IMG/VR virus record: IMGVR_UViG_3300033067_001088 | Location: 1-37,193 of that record | DNA: 37,193 nt | Source of the DNA: a virus | Lineage: Duplodnaviria > Caudoviricetes | Strand: one strand, 5' to 3' | In this document: piece by piece, positions 1 through 9,550 of the stretch | How positions within the stretch are numbered: the stretch's first letter is position 1 | How the letters are laid out: the number at the start of each line of letters is the position of its first letter | Program-made: the position numbers and the translations under genes | Notes under the pieces: model-generated | What the model was told of the DNA's origin: nothing | Databases searched by the model: none | What the model saw: the letters and a program-made list of their open reading frames with translations, nothing else

Positions 1-191
1 CACGGGCGATTGGCACAGTAGCCAAGGGATTGGTAAAACAAGCGATGGATGGCAACACAAGCGCGGCTATGTTTTATCTAAAAACACAAGCGGGATGGAA
101 AGAGACAAATGTGCAGGAGCATACGGGTGAAGGTGGCGGCCCAATAAATCACAGCATCGAGGTGTCTTTTGTCGGCACAAATCAAGGCTGA
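1..191 (+). CDS. terS: Terminase small subunit, C-terminal part (gene begins at 37012 and wraps across the window ends)
   Basis: Frame from nt 3 reads RAIGTVAKGLVKQAMDGNTSAAMFYLKTQAGWKETNVQEHTGEGGGPINHSIEVSFVGTNQG*. The FYLKTQAGW and HTGxxGGPI motifs are typical of TerS C-termini. It overlaps the terL start. Confidence 0.85.
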   Translation, partial: RAIGTVAKGLVKQAMDGNTSAAMFYLKTQAGWKETNVQEHTGEGGGPINHSIEVSFVGTNQG

Positions 192-1437
192 GTTTCCAAA
201 AAAGCTACAGTTTCTTTTCAGGCCGAAGCGATACAAGGGCGCATATGGTGGTCGTGGGTCTGGAAAGTCATGGTCTTTTGCCCGAGCACTATTGATCAAA
301 GGTGCACAAACGCCGCTCCGTATTCTCTGCGCCCGTGAGGTGCAGAAGTCAATCAAGCAGTCTGTACATAAGCTGCTATCAGATCAAATTCACACACTAG
401 GCTTGAGTTACTTCTACGAGATTCTGGAAACCGAAATCCGTGGGAAAAACGGCACTGAGTTTTCATTTTGCGGCCTTGCTCAACACACTGTTGACACGAT
501 CAAGTCGTATGAGGGCTGCGATATATGCTGGATTGAGGAAGGACAGGCCGTTAGTAAGCGATCATGGGGTGTGCTGATCCCGACTATCCGCAAGCCAGGC
601 TCTGAAATCTGGCTGACGTTTAACCCAGAACTGGAAACAGACGACACATATCAGCGTTTTGTGGTAAACATGCCTGATGACGCCGAAATGGTGAAGGTCA
701 ACTACTGCGACAATCCTTGGTTCCCGGATGTTCTTGAACGCGAGCGCCAACACTGCAAACTGACCGACCCGAAAAACTACGAGAACATTTGGGAGGGCAA
801 CTGTAAGCCCGCAGTCGAAGGCGCGATCTACTACGATGAAATGCAAGCCGTTGAATTGCAGCGCCGCATCTGCAATGTGCCATACGATCCGCTCATGAAG
901 GTGCACGTTGTTTTTGACCTGGGCTGGAATGATGCAATGGCAATCAGCCTGGTCCAGCGATCATCGTCAGAAATCCGAGTGATTGAGTATATTGAGGACA
1001 GCCATAAGCCGCTGGATTACTACAGCTCTCTACTCAAAAACAAAAACCTCAACTGGGGTAAATTGTGGTTGCCGCATGATGGTCGGCATAAAAGCATTCA
1101 GACCGGGAAAAGCGCTCAGGAAATCATGCAGGCATTAGGTTGGCAGGTAGAAATAACACCAAACATGAGCATTGAGGATGGGATAAAACTCACACGCATG
1201 ACGTTTGGCCGCATTTATTTCGACAAAGAGAAAACCAAGCGACTGATAGAGTGCGCGAAACGGTATCGTCGGCAAATCAATCAGGCAACGAATGAGCCTG
1301 GCCCACCATTACATGATGAGTTTTCACACGGTGCTGACAATTTGCGCTATATTTGCGTTAATGCAGAGAGTTTGGTTGATCGGCCTGCTATCAGCCCGAT
1401 TAAACGAGTAGTCACAAATCACGGCTGGATGGGTTAA
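169..1437 (+). CDS. terL: Terminase large subunit (PBSX-like)
   Basis: Walker A YGGRGSGKS, CARE motif, Walker B WIEEGQ, TFNP motif, nuclease motifs FDLGWND and HGADNLRY. Confidence 0.95.
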   Translation: MSAQIKAEFPKKLQFLFRPKRYKGAYGGRGSGKSWSFARALLIKGAQTPLRILCAREVQKSIKQSVHKLLSDQIHTLGLSYFYEILETEIRGKNGTEFSFCGLAQHTVDTIKSYEGCDICWIEEGQAVSKRSWGVLIPTIRKPGSEIWLTFNPELETDDTYQRFVVNMPDDAEMVKVNYCDNPWFPDVLERERQHCKLTDPKNYENIWEGNCKPAVEGAIYYDEMQAVELQRRICNVPYDPLMKVHVVFDLGWNDAMAISLVQRSSSEIRVIEYIEDSHKPLDYYSSLLKNKNLNWGKLWLPHDGRHKSIQTGKSAQEIMQALGWQVEITPNMSIEDGIKLTRMTFGRIYFDKEKTKRLIECAKRYRRQINQATNEPGPPLHDEFSHGADNLRYICVNAESLVDRPAISPIKRVVTNHGWMG

Positions 1438-1439
1438 TC

Positions 1440-1727
1440 ATGACTGAAGTCACCGAAGAAATCGTATTTAAAGTCGACGGCGTTGACATTGCGTTCAAAT
1501 CCCGCGAGGAGGCTGAGGCGCATGTTTCCCTCGTGCAGCATAATGACGCATTAACATCGTTGCGCAACAAAGCCAGCAACATTCCGCTGCTAAATATCGC
1601 GTTTGCCGAGGACCAGAACATATTGTCTACTGAGAGTTTTCAGGCGGCGGCTAGTGTTTTTGCTGATGCAAACCGGCTCTATCAGGCGATTTATGGCGAG
1701 CCTATGCCTGCTGACTGGCTGACGTAA
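1440..1727 (+). CDS. Hypothetical protein
   Basis: 95-aa ORF tightly packed between terL and portal. Confidence 0.7.
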   Translation: MTEVTEEIVFKVDGVDIAFKSREEAEAHVSLVQHNDALTSLRNKASNIPLLNIAFAEDQNILSTESFQAAASVFADANRLYQAIYGEPMPADWLT

Positions 1728-1739
1728 AACCAAACAATA

Positions 1740-1754
1740 TTGTCGAGATGACAA
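1740..1754 (+). promoter_or_regulatory. Hairpin TTGTC-GAGAT-GACAA over the portal ribosome-binding region
   Basis: 5-bp stem ending just before the portal ATG (1756). The 14-mer TGTCGAGATGACAA recurs at 9526-9539. Confidence 0.5.
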
Positions 1755-1755
1755 A

Positions 1756-3828
1756 ATGAAAAAAACCGACGACCGCTATCAGTCTATTTGCGCAACTATC
1801 AAACTGGATGTTGAGGCCAAAAACGAGGAGCGCGAGTTAATGCGCGATGACCAGCGGTTTGCTGCTGGCGATCAGTGGCCAGATGTTATCCGTAAAGCGC
1901 GGGAGTTGAGTAATCGCCCCATACAAACGGTCAACAGGATTCCGGCGTTTATTGACCAGGTAACGGGAGACGCCCGGCAAAACAAACCATCCATCAAAAT
2001 CCATGCGGCTGAGGATGGCGACGAGGATGTAGCGCTGATCTATGATGGCCTGGCTCGGGCAATCCAAAACGAGTCAAATGCAGATTTTGCCTATGACACA
2101 GCGGTAGAGCATACGGCTAATTTTGGGTTTGGCGCGTGGCGCGTGAAAACTGACTACGAGTCTGAGGATAGTTTTAACCAGATTTTGCTGATCCAGCGTA
2201 TTACCGATCCGCTATCCGTCTATTTTGACAAAAACGCGCAGCTGCCTGACTACTCTGATGCCCGGCATGTAACGGTTAAAGTGGTCATCACAAAAGATGA
2301 TTATCAGTCACGCTGGCCGGGCAAAGACAAATCGGCCTACAGTTTTGATGATTTTGCGCCAGAATGGGTAGTAGGTAAAGACCAAGTGGTCGTCGCCGAG
2401 CATTGGTACAAGGTCGAGGAAAAGAAAACGCTCTATCTGTTGCAGGACGTCGATGGCAACACAAAATCATCGTTTGAGTTGATGCCAGAGACAGTTGTTG
2501 TGCAACAGCGCGAAACAACCGTCACATCGGTAAAAATGTGCTATCTCAGCGGCGGTGATATTCTGGAGGAAAAAGACTGGGCTGGGAAAATCCTGCCCAT
2601 TGTCGGCGTCAACGGCAAAGAGGATCTGGTTGACGGCAAGCGCACTTTGCGCGGGATCGTCCGTTTTGCCAAAGACCCGCAGCGGATGTACAACTACTGG
2701 CGCACGATTGATACTGAGCAAAAAGCACTCGCGCCAAAAGCGCCTGTTTTAGTGTCGGCAAAACAGATTGAGGGTTATGAGCAATATTGGCAGGACGGAC
2801 TAACAACGACTGCGCCCTATCTGATTTACAATCCTGACCCATCCAGCCCATTACCAAATCGAGTCAATGCCGGGATTGTCGACAAAGGCGCAAACGAAGC
2901 TGCGCTGATGTGTGTTGACGAACTGAAATCGACAACCGGCATATTTAGCGCCAGCCTGGGGGAGGAGGACAACGAAAAATCAGGCCGTGCAATATTGGCT
3001 CAGCAACGTAAAGGAGACACGGCCAATTTTGCCTACATTGACAACGTATCTCGCGCCATTCGTCTGACTGGCCGTATCCTGATTGAAATGATCCCGAAAA
3101 TCTATGACTCGGCGCGGGTTGTATCGATCATGGGGGTTGATGGCGAGAAAAAACTAGCCAAAATCAATCAGGTCGATCAGGTCAAGGGTCAGCCGAAAAT
3201 GATTGATTTAACGGTTGGAAAATATGACTTGGTAGTCACGCAAGGCGCGAGTTATGCGACAAAACGCATTGAGGCGCTGAACATGCTCATGGAGTTGATG
3301 CGCGTCAATCCGGCCATGCTCAACATTGGCGGTGATTTGATGATGAAGGCAATGGATTGGGACGGATCGGAAGAAATGGCTGACCGCCTGAAAAAGCTGC
3401 TGCCGCCGCAATTGCAGGAAAACAACGGTGAACAGGAATTGCCGCCCGGCGTGCAAGGCATGATTGAGCAGGGGAAACAGATGATTGACGAAATGTCGCA
3501 GCATATCTCGGCGCTGGAGCGTGAAAAGGACGACAAAGACGATGAGTTGAGATTGAAAAAATACGAGATTGACGTCAAGGCTGAAATCGAATTTGCGAAA
3601 ATAGCCGCCACTGCTGGGTTGTCGATAGATGATGTTAAAAACATTGTCAACGATGCTCTGGCTAATGCCGCGAAACAGCCGGAATTACCAGATGAGCCAG
3701 AAACTAATGAGGATGCCGCGCCTATCGTTCAACAGCCAGAAATAGAACAGCCTGCCGCCCCGCCAGAGCTTGTTGCAGAACAGATGCCCGTGCTGCCGGA
3801 TGTACAACAGAATGAATTGACGGAATAG
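1756..3828 (+). CDS. P22-like portal protein
   Basis: 690 aa with F-x-x-G-D-Q-W, KDPQRMYNYW and SGRAILAQQ motifs and a long C-terminal coiled coil. Located after terL. Confidence 0.93.
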   Translation: MKKTDDRYQSICATIKLDVEAKNEERELMRDDQRFAAGDQWPDVIRKARELSNRPIQTVNRIPAFIDQVTGDARQNKPSIKIHAAEDGDEDVALIYDGLARAIQNESNADFAYDTAVEHTANFGFGAWRVKTDYESEDSFNQILLIQRITDPLSVYFDKNAQLPDYSDARHVTVKVVITKDDYQSRWPGKDKSAYSFDDFAPEWVVGKDQVVVAEHWYKVEEKKTLYLLQDVDGNTKSSFELMPETVVVQQRETTVTSVKMCYLSGGDILEEKDWAGKILPIVGVNGKEDLVDGKRTLRGIVRFAKDPQRMYNYWRTIDTEQKALAPKAPVLVSAKQIEGYEQYWQDGLTTTAPYLIYNPDPSSPLPNRVNAGIVDKGANEAALMCVDELKSTTGIFSASLGEEDNEKSGRAILAQQRKGDTANFAYIDNVSRAIRLTGRILIEMIPKIYDSARVVSIMGVDGEKKLAKINQVDQVKGQPKMIDLTVGKYDLVVTQGASYATKRIEALNMLMELMRVNPAMLNIGGDLMMKAMDWDGSEEMADRLKKLLPPQLQENNGEQELPPGVQGMIEQGKQMIDEMSQHISALEREKDDKDDELRLKKYEIDVKAEIEFAKIAATAGLSIDDVKNIVNDALANAAKQPELPDEPETNEDAAPIVQQPEIEQPAAPPELVAEQMPVLPDVQQNELTE

Positions 3829-3924
3829 CATCTATAGTTTATTTTTATAGTACCGCACTAGTTCGGTCATATAGCTAGGTCGCCGTGAGGCGCATGTAAA
3901 TCCGATACCAGGAAACCCAATCCC

Positions 3925-4719
3925 ATGAGTGATACTACTCAGTCTGATGTTGTTGTGGATTCATCCCCACAGGTCGAAGTCGTTGAGTCCCCCGTTGTTG
4001 CAAAAGTCGAAACTAAAGAGCCTGAAAAAGCTCCTGTTGCGACTGAAACGCATGATGAGGAGCCAGACGAAACCAGCCTACCCAATGGCGTTAAAAAGCG
4101 CATCGACAAATTAACTCGTCAAAAATACGAGACTGTTGCGGAAAACAACCGTTTAAAGGCAGAACTTGATCAGTTGAAGGCGAAAACAGCACCAAAGCTA
4201 GAGCCGCCCGATATCAGCAAGTACGAGGATTTTGAATCCTATGCCGAAGCGTTGGCTGAATACAAATACAGCCAGAAAACGCAGGAAACGCAAAAGCAAC
4301 AGGCTCAGCAGTCTACGGCTCAACAGATGCAGCAGGAATGGTCTGCAAAAGTTGATGCCATCAAAAAGACTGCTCCAGATTTTGACGCCGTATTTGCCAG
4401 TGTCGCCGAAGTTGAATTTGCACCGCAGGCGCTGGAAGCCATTGCACAACACCCGAAAGGCGCAGAAATTGCGTATACGTTGGGCAAGGAAATTTCAGAG
4501 GCCTACCGCATTGCCGCCTTGCCGCCCTATCAACAATTGATGGCTATCGGCGCACTGGCAGAGCGGTCAAATGTGCCAAAACCCAAAACGGTATCGACCG
4601 CGCCGCCTCCGGTTAAACCTGTTGTCAGTAATTCGCCCAGCCAAAAATCGGTTAGCGATATGACAGACAAAGAATACGCGGAGTTTCGCGCTCAACAAAT
4701 CAAACAACGTCGCAGATGA
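3925..4719 (+). CDS. Scaffolding protein
   Basis: Acidic N-terminus, GVKKRIDKLT coiled coil, APPPVKPV, basic C-terminus. Located between portal and coat. Confidence 0.85.
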   Translation: MSDTTQSDVVVDSSPQVEVVESPVVAKVETKEPEKAPVATETHDEEPDETSLPNGVKKRIDKLTRQKYETVAENNRLKAELDQLKAKTAPKLEPPDISKYEDFESYAEALAEYKYSQKTQETQKQQAQQSTAQQMQQEWSAKVDAIKKTAPDFDAVFASVAEVEFAPQALEAIAQHPKGAEIAYTLGKEISEAYRIAALPPYQQLMAIGALAERSNVPKPKTVSTAPPPVKPVVSNSPSQKSVSDMTDKEYAEFRAQQIKQRRR

Positions 4720-4735
4720 CGTGGAGTAGAAAATT

Positions 4736-5953
4736 ATGGCGAACAGCTTTAACGTAACCGACCTAGTGACCCGTGAAGTGCTGCGGGTTGCACATGAAAA
4801 ACTGTCTTTTATTGGCACGATTGACCGTCAATACGATGCCTCTTTTGCTGCCAATGGTGCTAAACACGGCGATTCGTTGCGTGTTCAAAAGCCGAACCAA
4901 TATCTGCGTCGTCAAGGCTCTCGAGTCATGGATGTGCAGGATCAGGACGAGCATACCAGTACGATTACCGTCGCCACTCAAGACGGTGTTGACATGAAAT
5001 TCAACAGCGCCGAATTAGCGTTGATCACACCTGAGTCAATTGACGAATTCAGCAAAAAATACATCGAGCCTGCTGTTTCCGTGCTGGCATCTGGCATTGA
5101 AGGCGACTTTTTGTCATTTGCCACAAAAGCGGTTTACCAGCAGGTCGGTACTGCTGGCACGCCGCCGACAGACCTTGCTGCGATTGGTGCCGCCCGAGCC
5201 AAACTCAATCAGCAACTGGCCCCGAAGGATGGCAATCGTTACGTGCAAATGGACTCGGTTACAATGGGCGGTTTAGTCAATGGTCTGAAAGGTCTGTTTC
5301 AAGACTCAAACCAGATCAAAGAACAATACCGCGAAGGCATGATCGGTCGCACTGGCATGGCGGACTGGTACGAAAACGAGCGTATGTATGCACATACCAA
5401 CGGCTCCAGTGATAACGTTGGTACAGTCAACGACTCCGTGGCCAGTGGTGACACTGCCGTTACGCTGGCCGCGATGGGCAACAACGGCACGATTACCGCT
5501 GGCTCTATCATCACGTTTGCCGGTTGTTACGATGTGCATCCTGAGACCAAAGAGGCCTACGCACATCTCAAACAGTTTGTCATTACCGCTGATGCTACTG
5601 CCAACGGTTCCGGCGCTGTCACGGTGTCGATTAGCCCTGCGATCATCACTACGGGCGCACGTCAAAACTGCTCAGCTGTACCAACAAACACCGGCGCGGC
5701 ATTGATCACCGGCTCGGCATCTACCGCCTACACGCAAAACCTCATGTACCACAAAGAGGCGTTCCAATTCATTACCGCTGATTTGCCGTTGATGGCCGAT
5801 GCTGCCAAATGCGTGCGTCGTAACCAGGATGGCTTGTCAATGCGCGTATGGCAGGGCAGCGATATCCGCAACGATGAGTTGTTGATGCGTATTGATATCC
5901 TCTACGGGATGGCTGCATTGCGTCCAGAGTGGGCTTGCCGTATCACCAACTAA
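4736..5953 (+). CDS. Major capsid protein (P22 coat family)
   Basis: 405 aa. MANSF start and C-terminal RIDILYG...RPEWACR typical of P22-like coats. GGAG RBS. Confidence 0.93.
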   Translation: MANSFNVTDLVTREVLRVAHEKLSFIGTIDRQYDASFAANGAKHGDSLRVQKPNQYLRRQGSRVMDVQDQDEHTSTITVATQDGVDMKFNSAELALITPESIDEFSKKYIEPAVSVLASGIEGDFLSFATKAVYQQVGTAGTPPTDLAAIGAARAKLNQQLAPKDGNRYVQMDSVTMGGLVNGLKGLFQDSNQIKEQYREGMIGRTGMADWYENERMYAHTNGSSDNVGTVNDSVASGDTAVTLAAMGNNGTITAGSIITFAGCYDVHPETKEAYAHLKQFVITADATANGSGAVTVSISPAIITTGARQNCSAVPTNTGAALITGSASTAYTQNLMYHKEAFQFITADLPLMADAAKCVRRNQDGLSMRVWQGSDIRNDELLMRIDILYGMAALRPEWACRITN

Positions 5954-5991
5954 TTTATGATGGGGCGTCGTCCCCATCTGGAGAATGCAAA

Positions 5992-6327
5992 ATGACTGCT
6001 GTAAATCCTGCATCGTATGAAACCCTCAGCTATGGGGCGACAGACGGTTGCCGTGTGGTTGCCTCTGCAACCGAAAAACTCGCCTTTTGGGGTGGCACTC
6101 CTGTTGTTCAGCCTGCCGTGCTGACCGACCAATTGACCACGATTACCATTGCTGACGCTGCTGGTACGCCGGACTATGCTATCTCGGCGGTGACAAGCAC
6201 CACTCCCTATGGTTTTGCCAATGCCGCCGAGTTGATCAGTTTGCTCTACGTTATCAAAAACCTGCAAACCCGCGTGTCTGAGTTGGAATCCCGTCTGACC
6301 GCTGCGTCCCTGCTGGCATCGTCGTAA
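5992..6327 (+). CDS. Putative virion (head-associated) protein
   Basis: ATG 5992 with GGAG RBS. KLAFWGGTPVVQP motif and C-terminal helix. Immediately follows coat. Confidence 0.7.
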   Translation: MTAVNPASYETLSYGATDGCRVVASATEKLAFWGGTPVVQPAVLTDQLTTITIADAAGTPDYAISAVTSTTPYGFANAAELISLLYVIKNLQTRVSELESRLTAASLLASS

Positions 6328-6337
6328 GGGGTTGGCC

Positions 6338-6490
6338 ATGTTGGTTATTATGAAACACGATCAACATGGCCATTGTTTTGCCTACAACACCAATGATATC
6401 GCCCGGCTCAAAGCATTGGGCTGGTATGAAAAACCCACAGAATTACCTGTTTTAGAAAAACCGAAAAAACCCAATAAACGGAGAAAATAA
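6338..6490 (+). CDS. Small basic hypothetical protein (50 aa, not in the ORF track)
   Basis: MLVIMKHDQHGHCFAYNTNDIARLKALGWYEKPTELPVLEKPKKPNKRRK. AAGGGG RBS. Stop overlaps the next ATG (TAATG). Confidence 0.7.
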   Translation: MLVIMKHDQHGHCFAYNTNDIARLKALGWYEKPTELPVLEKPKKPNKRRK

Positions 6491-7179
6491 TGATCACTGC
6501 CGATTTGGTTCGATCCATCCTCCGATTAATTGGGGCAATTTCCTCATCTGAAACACCCGCTGCCGACGAAGCCACTGACACGCTCGAATCCATGAACATG
6601 CTGCTGGCGTCATGGGGTGCAACCCGGTTTTTATCTGCATCTACTGGCAAAGTCAGCAAGACGATGACCGGGGCGTTGAGCTATACGATTGGCCCAGGCG
6701 GCGATATCAACGCCACCAGACCGACAGCGCTTTATGTTGTGACTTATACGCTGAGCGGCATGGACTATGACGTCAAGGTCATTGATTACGCCGACTATCA
6801 AAAAATCGGCCTGAAAACCGTTACCGGCACTATCCCCGAATTTATCGCGCTGAAACCAGACAATCCACTATCAACGATTTATCTCTATCCAGCACCAAAT
6901 ACCGGCACGCTGACGATAGACAATATCCGACCGGCTGATGAGTTAGGGCTGGATGATGATTTGCCGTACCCGCCAGAATGGATTCGGGCGCTGAAATTCA
7001 ATACCGCTATCGAGATTGCGCCAGAGTACGGATTTTCGGTATCTCCAGAACTGGTCGAGTCTGCGCGTGAGTCAAAGGCGATTGTGATGCGCTCTATGGT
7101 CAGCGTCCCGGTTGCCCGTATTGATCCGTTATTGTTTCCGACGCGAGGCAACAACCGGATATTGAGCGATGGGGTGTAG
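6490..7179 (+). CDS. Head-tail adaptor (P22 gp4-like)
   Basis: N-terminal helix ILRLIGA...ESMNMLLASW and C-terminal ALKFNTAIEIAPEYG. Synteny fits. Confidence 0.75.
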   Translation: MITADLVRSILRLIGAISSSETPAADEATDTLESMNMLLASWGATRFLSASTGKVSKTMTGALSYTIGPGGDINATRPTALYVVTYTLSGMDYDVKVIDYADYQKIGLKTVTGTIPEFIALKPDNPLSTIYLYPAPNTGTLTIDNIRPADELGLDDDLPYPPEWIRALKFNTAIEIAPEYGFSVSPELVESARESKAIVMRSMVSVPVARIDPLLFPTRGNNRILSDGV

Positions 7180-7181
7180 TC

Positions 7182-8594
7182 ATGCGCTTTAATTTCCTCG
7201 GCGGTCAACACAAGGGGTTTAGTGCCAACCAGGACGCCCAGGAAACTATCAACATGTTTCTGGAGATCGACGCCAGTGAAGGCGACAACAAACTGGCGCT
7301 GCTTCGGGTTGATGGGAAAAAAGCATTCATTCAACTGCCAGAAGCGCCAGTATTTGCAATGGCGGAATACCGGGGCTTTTTGTACGTTGCCTGCGGGGCG
7401 TCGCTGTACCGTGTTTCTGCTGATTTTTCCTATACGAATGTCGGCTCAATCACCGTGACCTATGGCGCTTCGATTGCGTTCAACAATGCCGGGCAATTAT
7501 GTATTGTCTCCAACTTTAACGGTTACGTTTTCGACACCAATACCAGCGTTCTGAGTCAGATCACATCGCCAGCGTTCTATGGCTCGCCGCGTGTCGACTA
7601 TATCAGCGGTTACGGCGTGTTTGTGCGGCCAAACACCCAGCAGTTTTACATCTCGGCGCTGAATAACTACCTGATGTTTGATGGTCTGGATTTTGCGTCA
7701 GACGAGGCTGATCCGGATAACCTCGTCACATTCATTGTTGATCACATTGAGCTGATTCTGTTTGGCGAGCGCACGTCGACCGTGTGGTTTGTGACCGGTG
7801 AGTCTGATTTTCCATTGTCCCGCCGTGAGGGTGCGACAATGGAGGTGGGATGCGCTGCTGCATTGTCCGTTGCTCGCGCCGACAATACTGTGTTTTTTCT
7901 GGGCCGATCCAGTCACGGCACAGGCATAGTTTACAAACTCAATGAGTACACGCCGCAAATCATCTCTAATCGAGGCATTGAACATCAAATCAATAATCTC
8001 GACCGCATTGATGATGCGTTTGCCTATACCTACCAAAAAAACGGCCACACGTTTTACGTGCTGACGTTTCCGACCGACAACAAAACCTTTGTCTATGATG
8101 CGTCGATTCAAGACCCTGAAGCAGCCTGGCACATGCGGCAGACCTATCAGATGGGCCGTGACCGTGCATCGTGCTATGCGTTTGCGTTTGGCAAACATCT
8201 GGTCGGGGATTTTGAGAGCGGCTACATCTATGAGCTAGATTCAGAAACACATTTGGATGGCGGTCTGCCGATACGATGGTCGCGCACCTGTCCGCACATC
8301 ATCAATGACTACAAGCGTCTGCGCCATCACCAGGTAGTGCTTAATTTCGAGACTGGTGTCGGATTGGAGGACGGGTCTGAGCCGCTTTGCTATCTGACCT
8401 ATTCCGACGATGGCGGTCATGAATTTAAAACGCCGCGTGAGTCTACGCTCGGTGTCGTTGGTCAGCGCAAAAACCGGGTGCAGTGGTCGCGTTTGGGTCA
8501 ATCCAGAGACCGTGTTTACAAGGTTTTCGGGTCGGCTCCCGTCAAAACAGTGTTGATGGGTGGATATATTGATCTGGAGGCAGGGGCGACATGA
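7182..8594 (+). CDS. Packaged-DNA stabilisation / tail hub protein (P22 gp10-like)
   Basis: 470 aa, beta-rich, with GHTFYVLTFP, SDDGG and WSRLG motifs. Confidence 0.88.
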   Translation: MRFNFLGGQHKGFSANQDAQETINMFLEIDASEGDNKLALLRVDGKKAFIQLPEAPVFAMAEYRGFLYVACGASLYRVSADFSYTNVGSITVTYGASIAFNNAGQLCIVSNFNGYVFDTNTSVLSQITSPAFYGSPRVDYISGYGVFVRPNTQQFYISALNNYLMFDGLDFASDEADPDNLVTFIVDHIELILFGERTSTVWFVTGESDFPLSRREGATMEVGCAAALSVARADNTVFFLGRSSHGTGIVYKLNEYTPQIISNRGIEHQINNLDRIDDAFAYTYQKNGHTFYVLTFPTDNKTFVYDASIQDPEAAWHMRQTYQMGRDRASCYAFAFGKHLVGDFESGYIYELDSETHLDGGLPIRWSRTCPHIINDYKRLRHHQVVLNFETGVGLEDGSEPLCYLTYSDDGGHEFKTPRESTLGVVGQRKNRVQWSRLGQSRDRVYKVFGSAPVKTVLMGGYIDLEAGAT

Positions 8595-8998
8595 GCAAAA
8601 TTCCATCCCCGCTGACTCTAGACCTGACAAATACTCGGGCCTTCAAAACGTGGCTGTACGATTTGTGGCGGTCTACCGGTGGCGATACATCAACGGCAAC
8701 AGATGAGATTGATTTATACGTTGGCGCTGACTTTTTAGACCCTGCGCTCATGCAGGCAGAGGCTGACCGGGTGCTGCTGATGCAAATTCGCGACGAACTG
8801 GCAGAGATCAATAAAAAACTTGATGAGCAAATGATTATCGGCAGGCCATCAGAAAATATTGCTGTTGATGGCGGAGATTTGTCAGCGTTGCCATTGGCGA
8901 TTGAACCCGCCGAGCCTCATTATCCGCAAATCCAGGTTGAAGAAATTTCAAAACGTATTGACGACATCATGATTTTTTTAGGAATGCCAGTGTTATGA
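8591..8998 (+). CDS. Hypothetical tail-region protein
   Basis: ATGA overlap with the gp10-like gene. 135 aa. Confidence 0.7.
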   Translation: MSKIPSPLTLDLTNTRAFKTWLYDLWRSTGGDTSTATDEIDLYVGADFLDPALMQAEADRVLLMQIRDELAEINKKLDEQMIIGRPSENIAVDGGDLSALPLAIEPAEPHYPQIQVEEISKRIDDIMIFLGMPVL

Positions 8999-9183
8999 GC
9001 AACACGCATGAAATGCAAAAACAAATTGATGTGCTAGTGATGCGCCTCGGCAGCCAAGGCCGGGTTGTTATATGGACTGGTGCAGGGCATCATCAATCAA
9101 AACACGGCTGCTGTTACCGAATTTGCATAAAAGGTCAATTCGATCCTAAAAGCGTTGCGTAAACACAAATCATCAGGGGATAA
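8995..9183 (+). pseudogene. Frameshifted small coiled-coil gene (or local assembly errors)
   Basis: Pieces MSNTHEMQKQIDVLVMRL / AKAGLLYGLVQGIINQNTAAVTE / KVNSILKALRKHK / IIRG* are interrupted by frame changes and a stop at short homopolymers. Together they fill the gap between two genes. Confidence 0.45.
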
Positions 9184-9185
9184 TT

Positions 9186-9521
9186 ATGGGCACAACACCA
9201 AAAAATTTAATTCCATCCGCGCAGCTCACTGCCTCGGCGGCAACAATTTACACGGCAACCAATGTCAAAACGCGGATAGATAAATTCACCTGCACCAACA
9301 ATGACACGGTTGCTCGCACAATCACTATCCATTTGATCAACAGTGGCGGTACGGCGGGCGATGACAACAAAATCATCAACGCAAAGTCGTTGGCGGCGGG
9401 TGAGTGCTATACTTGTCCTGAGATTGTTGGGCATTGGCTCAATGCAAGCCAGTTCATTCAGGGGTTGGCTGATGTGGCAGCAAAGGTCACTGTCCGAGCC
9501 AGCGGCATCGAATCCACTTAA
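9186..9521 (+). CDS. Putative virion protein (beta-rich, 111 aa)
   Basis: AGGGG RBS. Lies in the tail gene block. Confidence 0.75.
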   Translation: MGTTPKNLIPSAQLTASAATIYTATNVKTRIDKFTCTNNDTVARTITIHLINSGGTAGDDNKIINAKSLAAGECYTCPEIVGHWLNASQFIQGLADVAAKVTVRASGIEST

Positions 9522-9550
9522 TCACTGTCGAGATGACAACGGGGTGAAAT

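Noticed and set aside
5896-5992. Programmed -1 frameshift extending the coat into the next ORF (open -1 frame plus hairpin GATGGGG/CCCCATC at 5959-5978)
   Set aside because: No slippery heptamer near the coat end, and the downstream gene has its own GGAG RBS and ATG at 5992.
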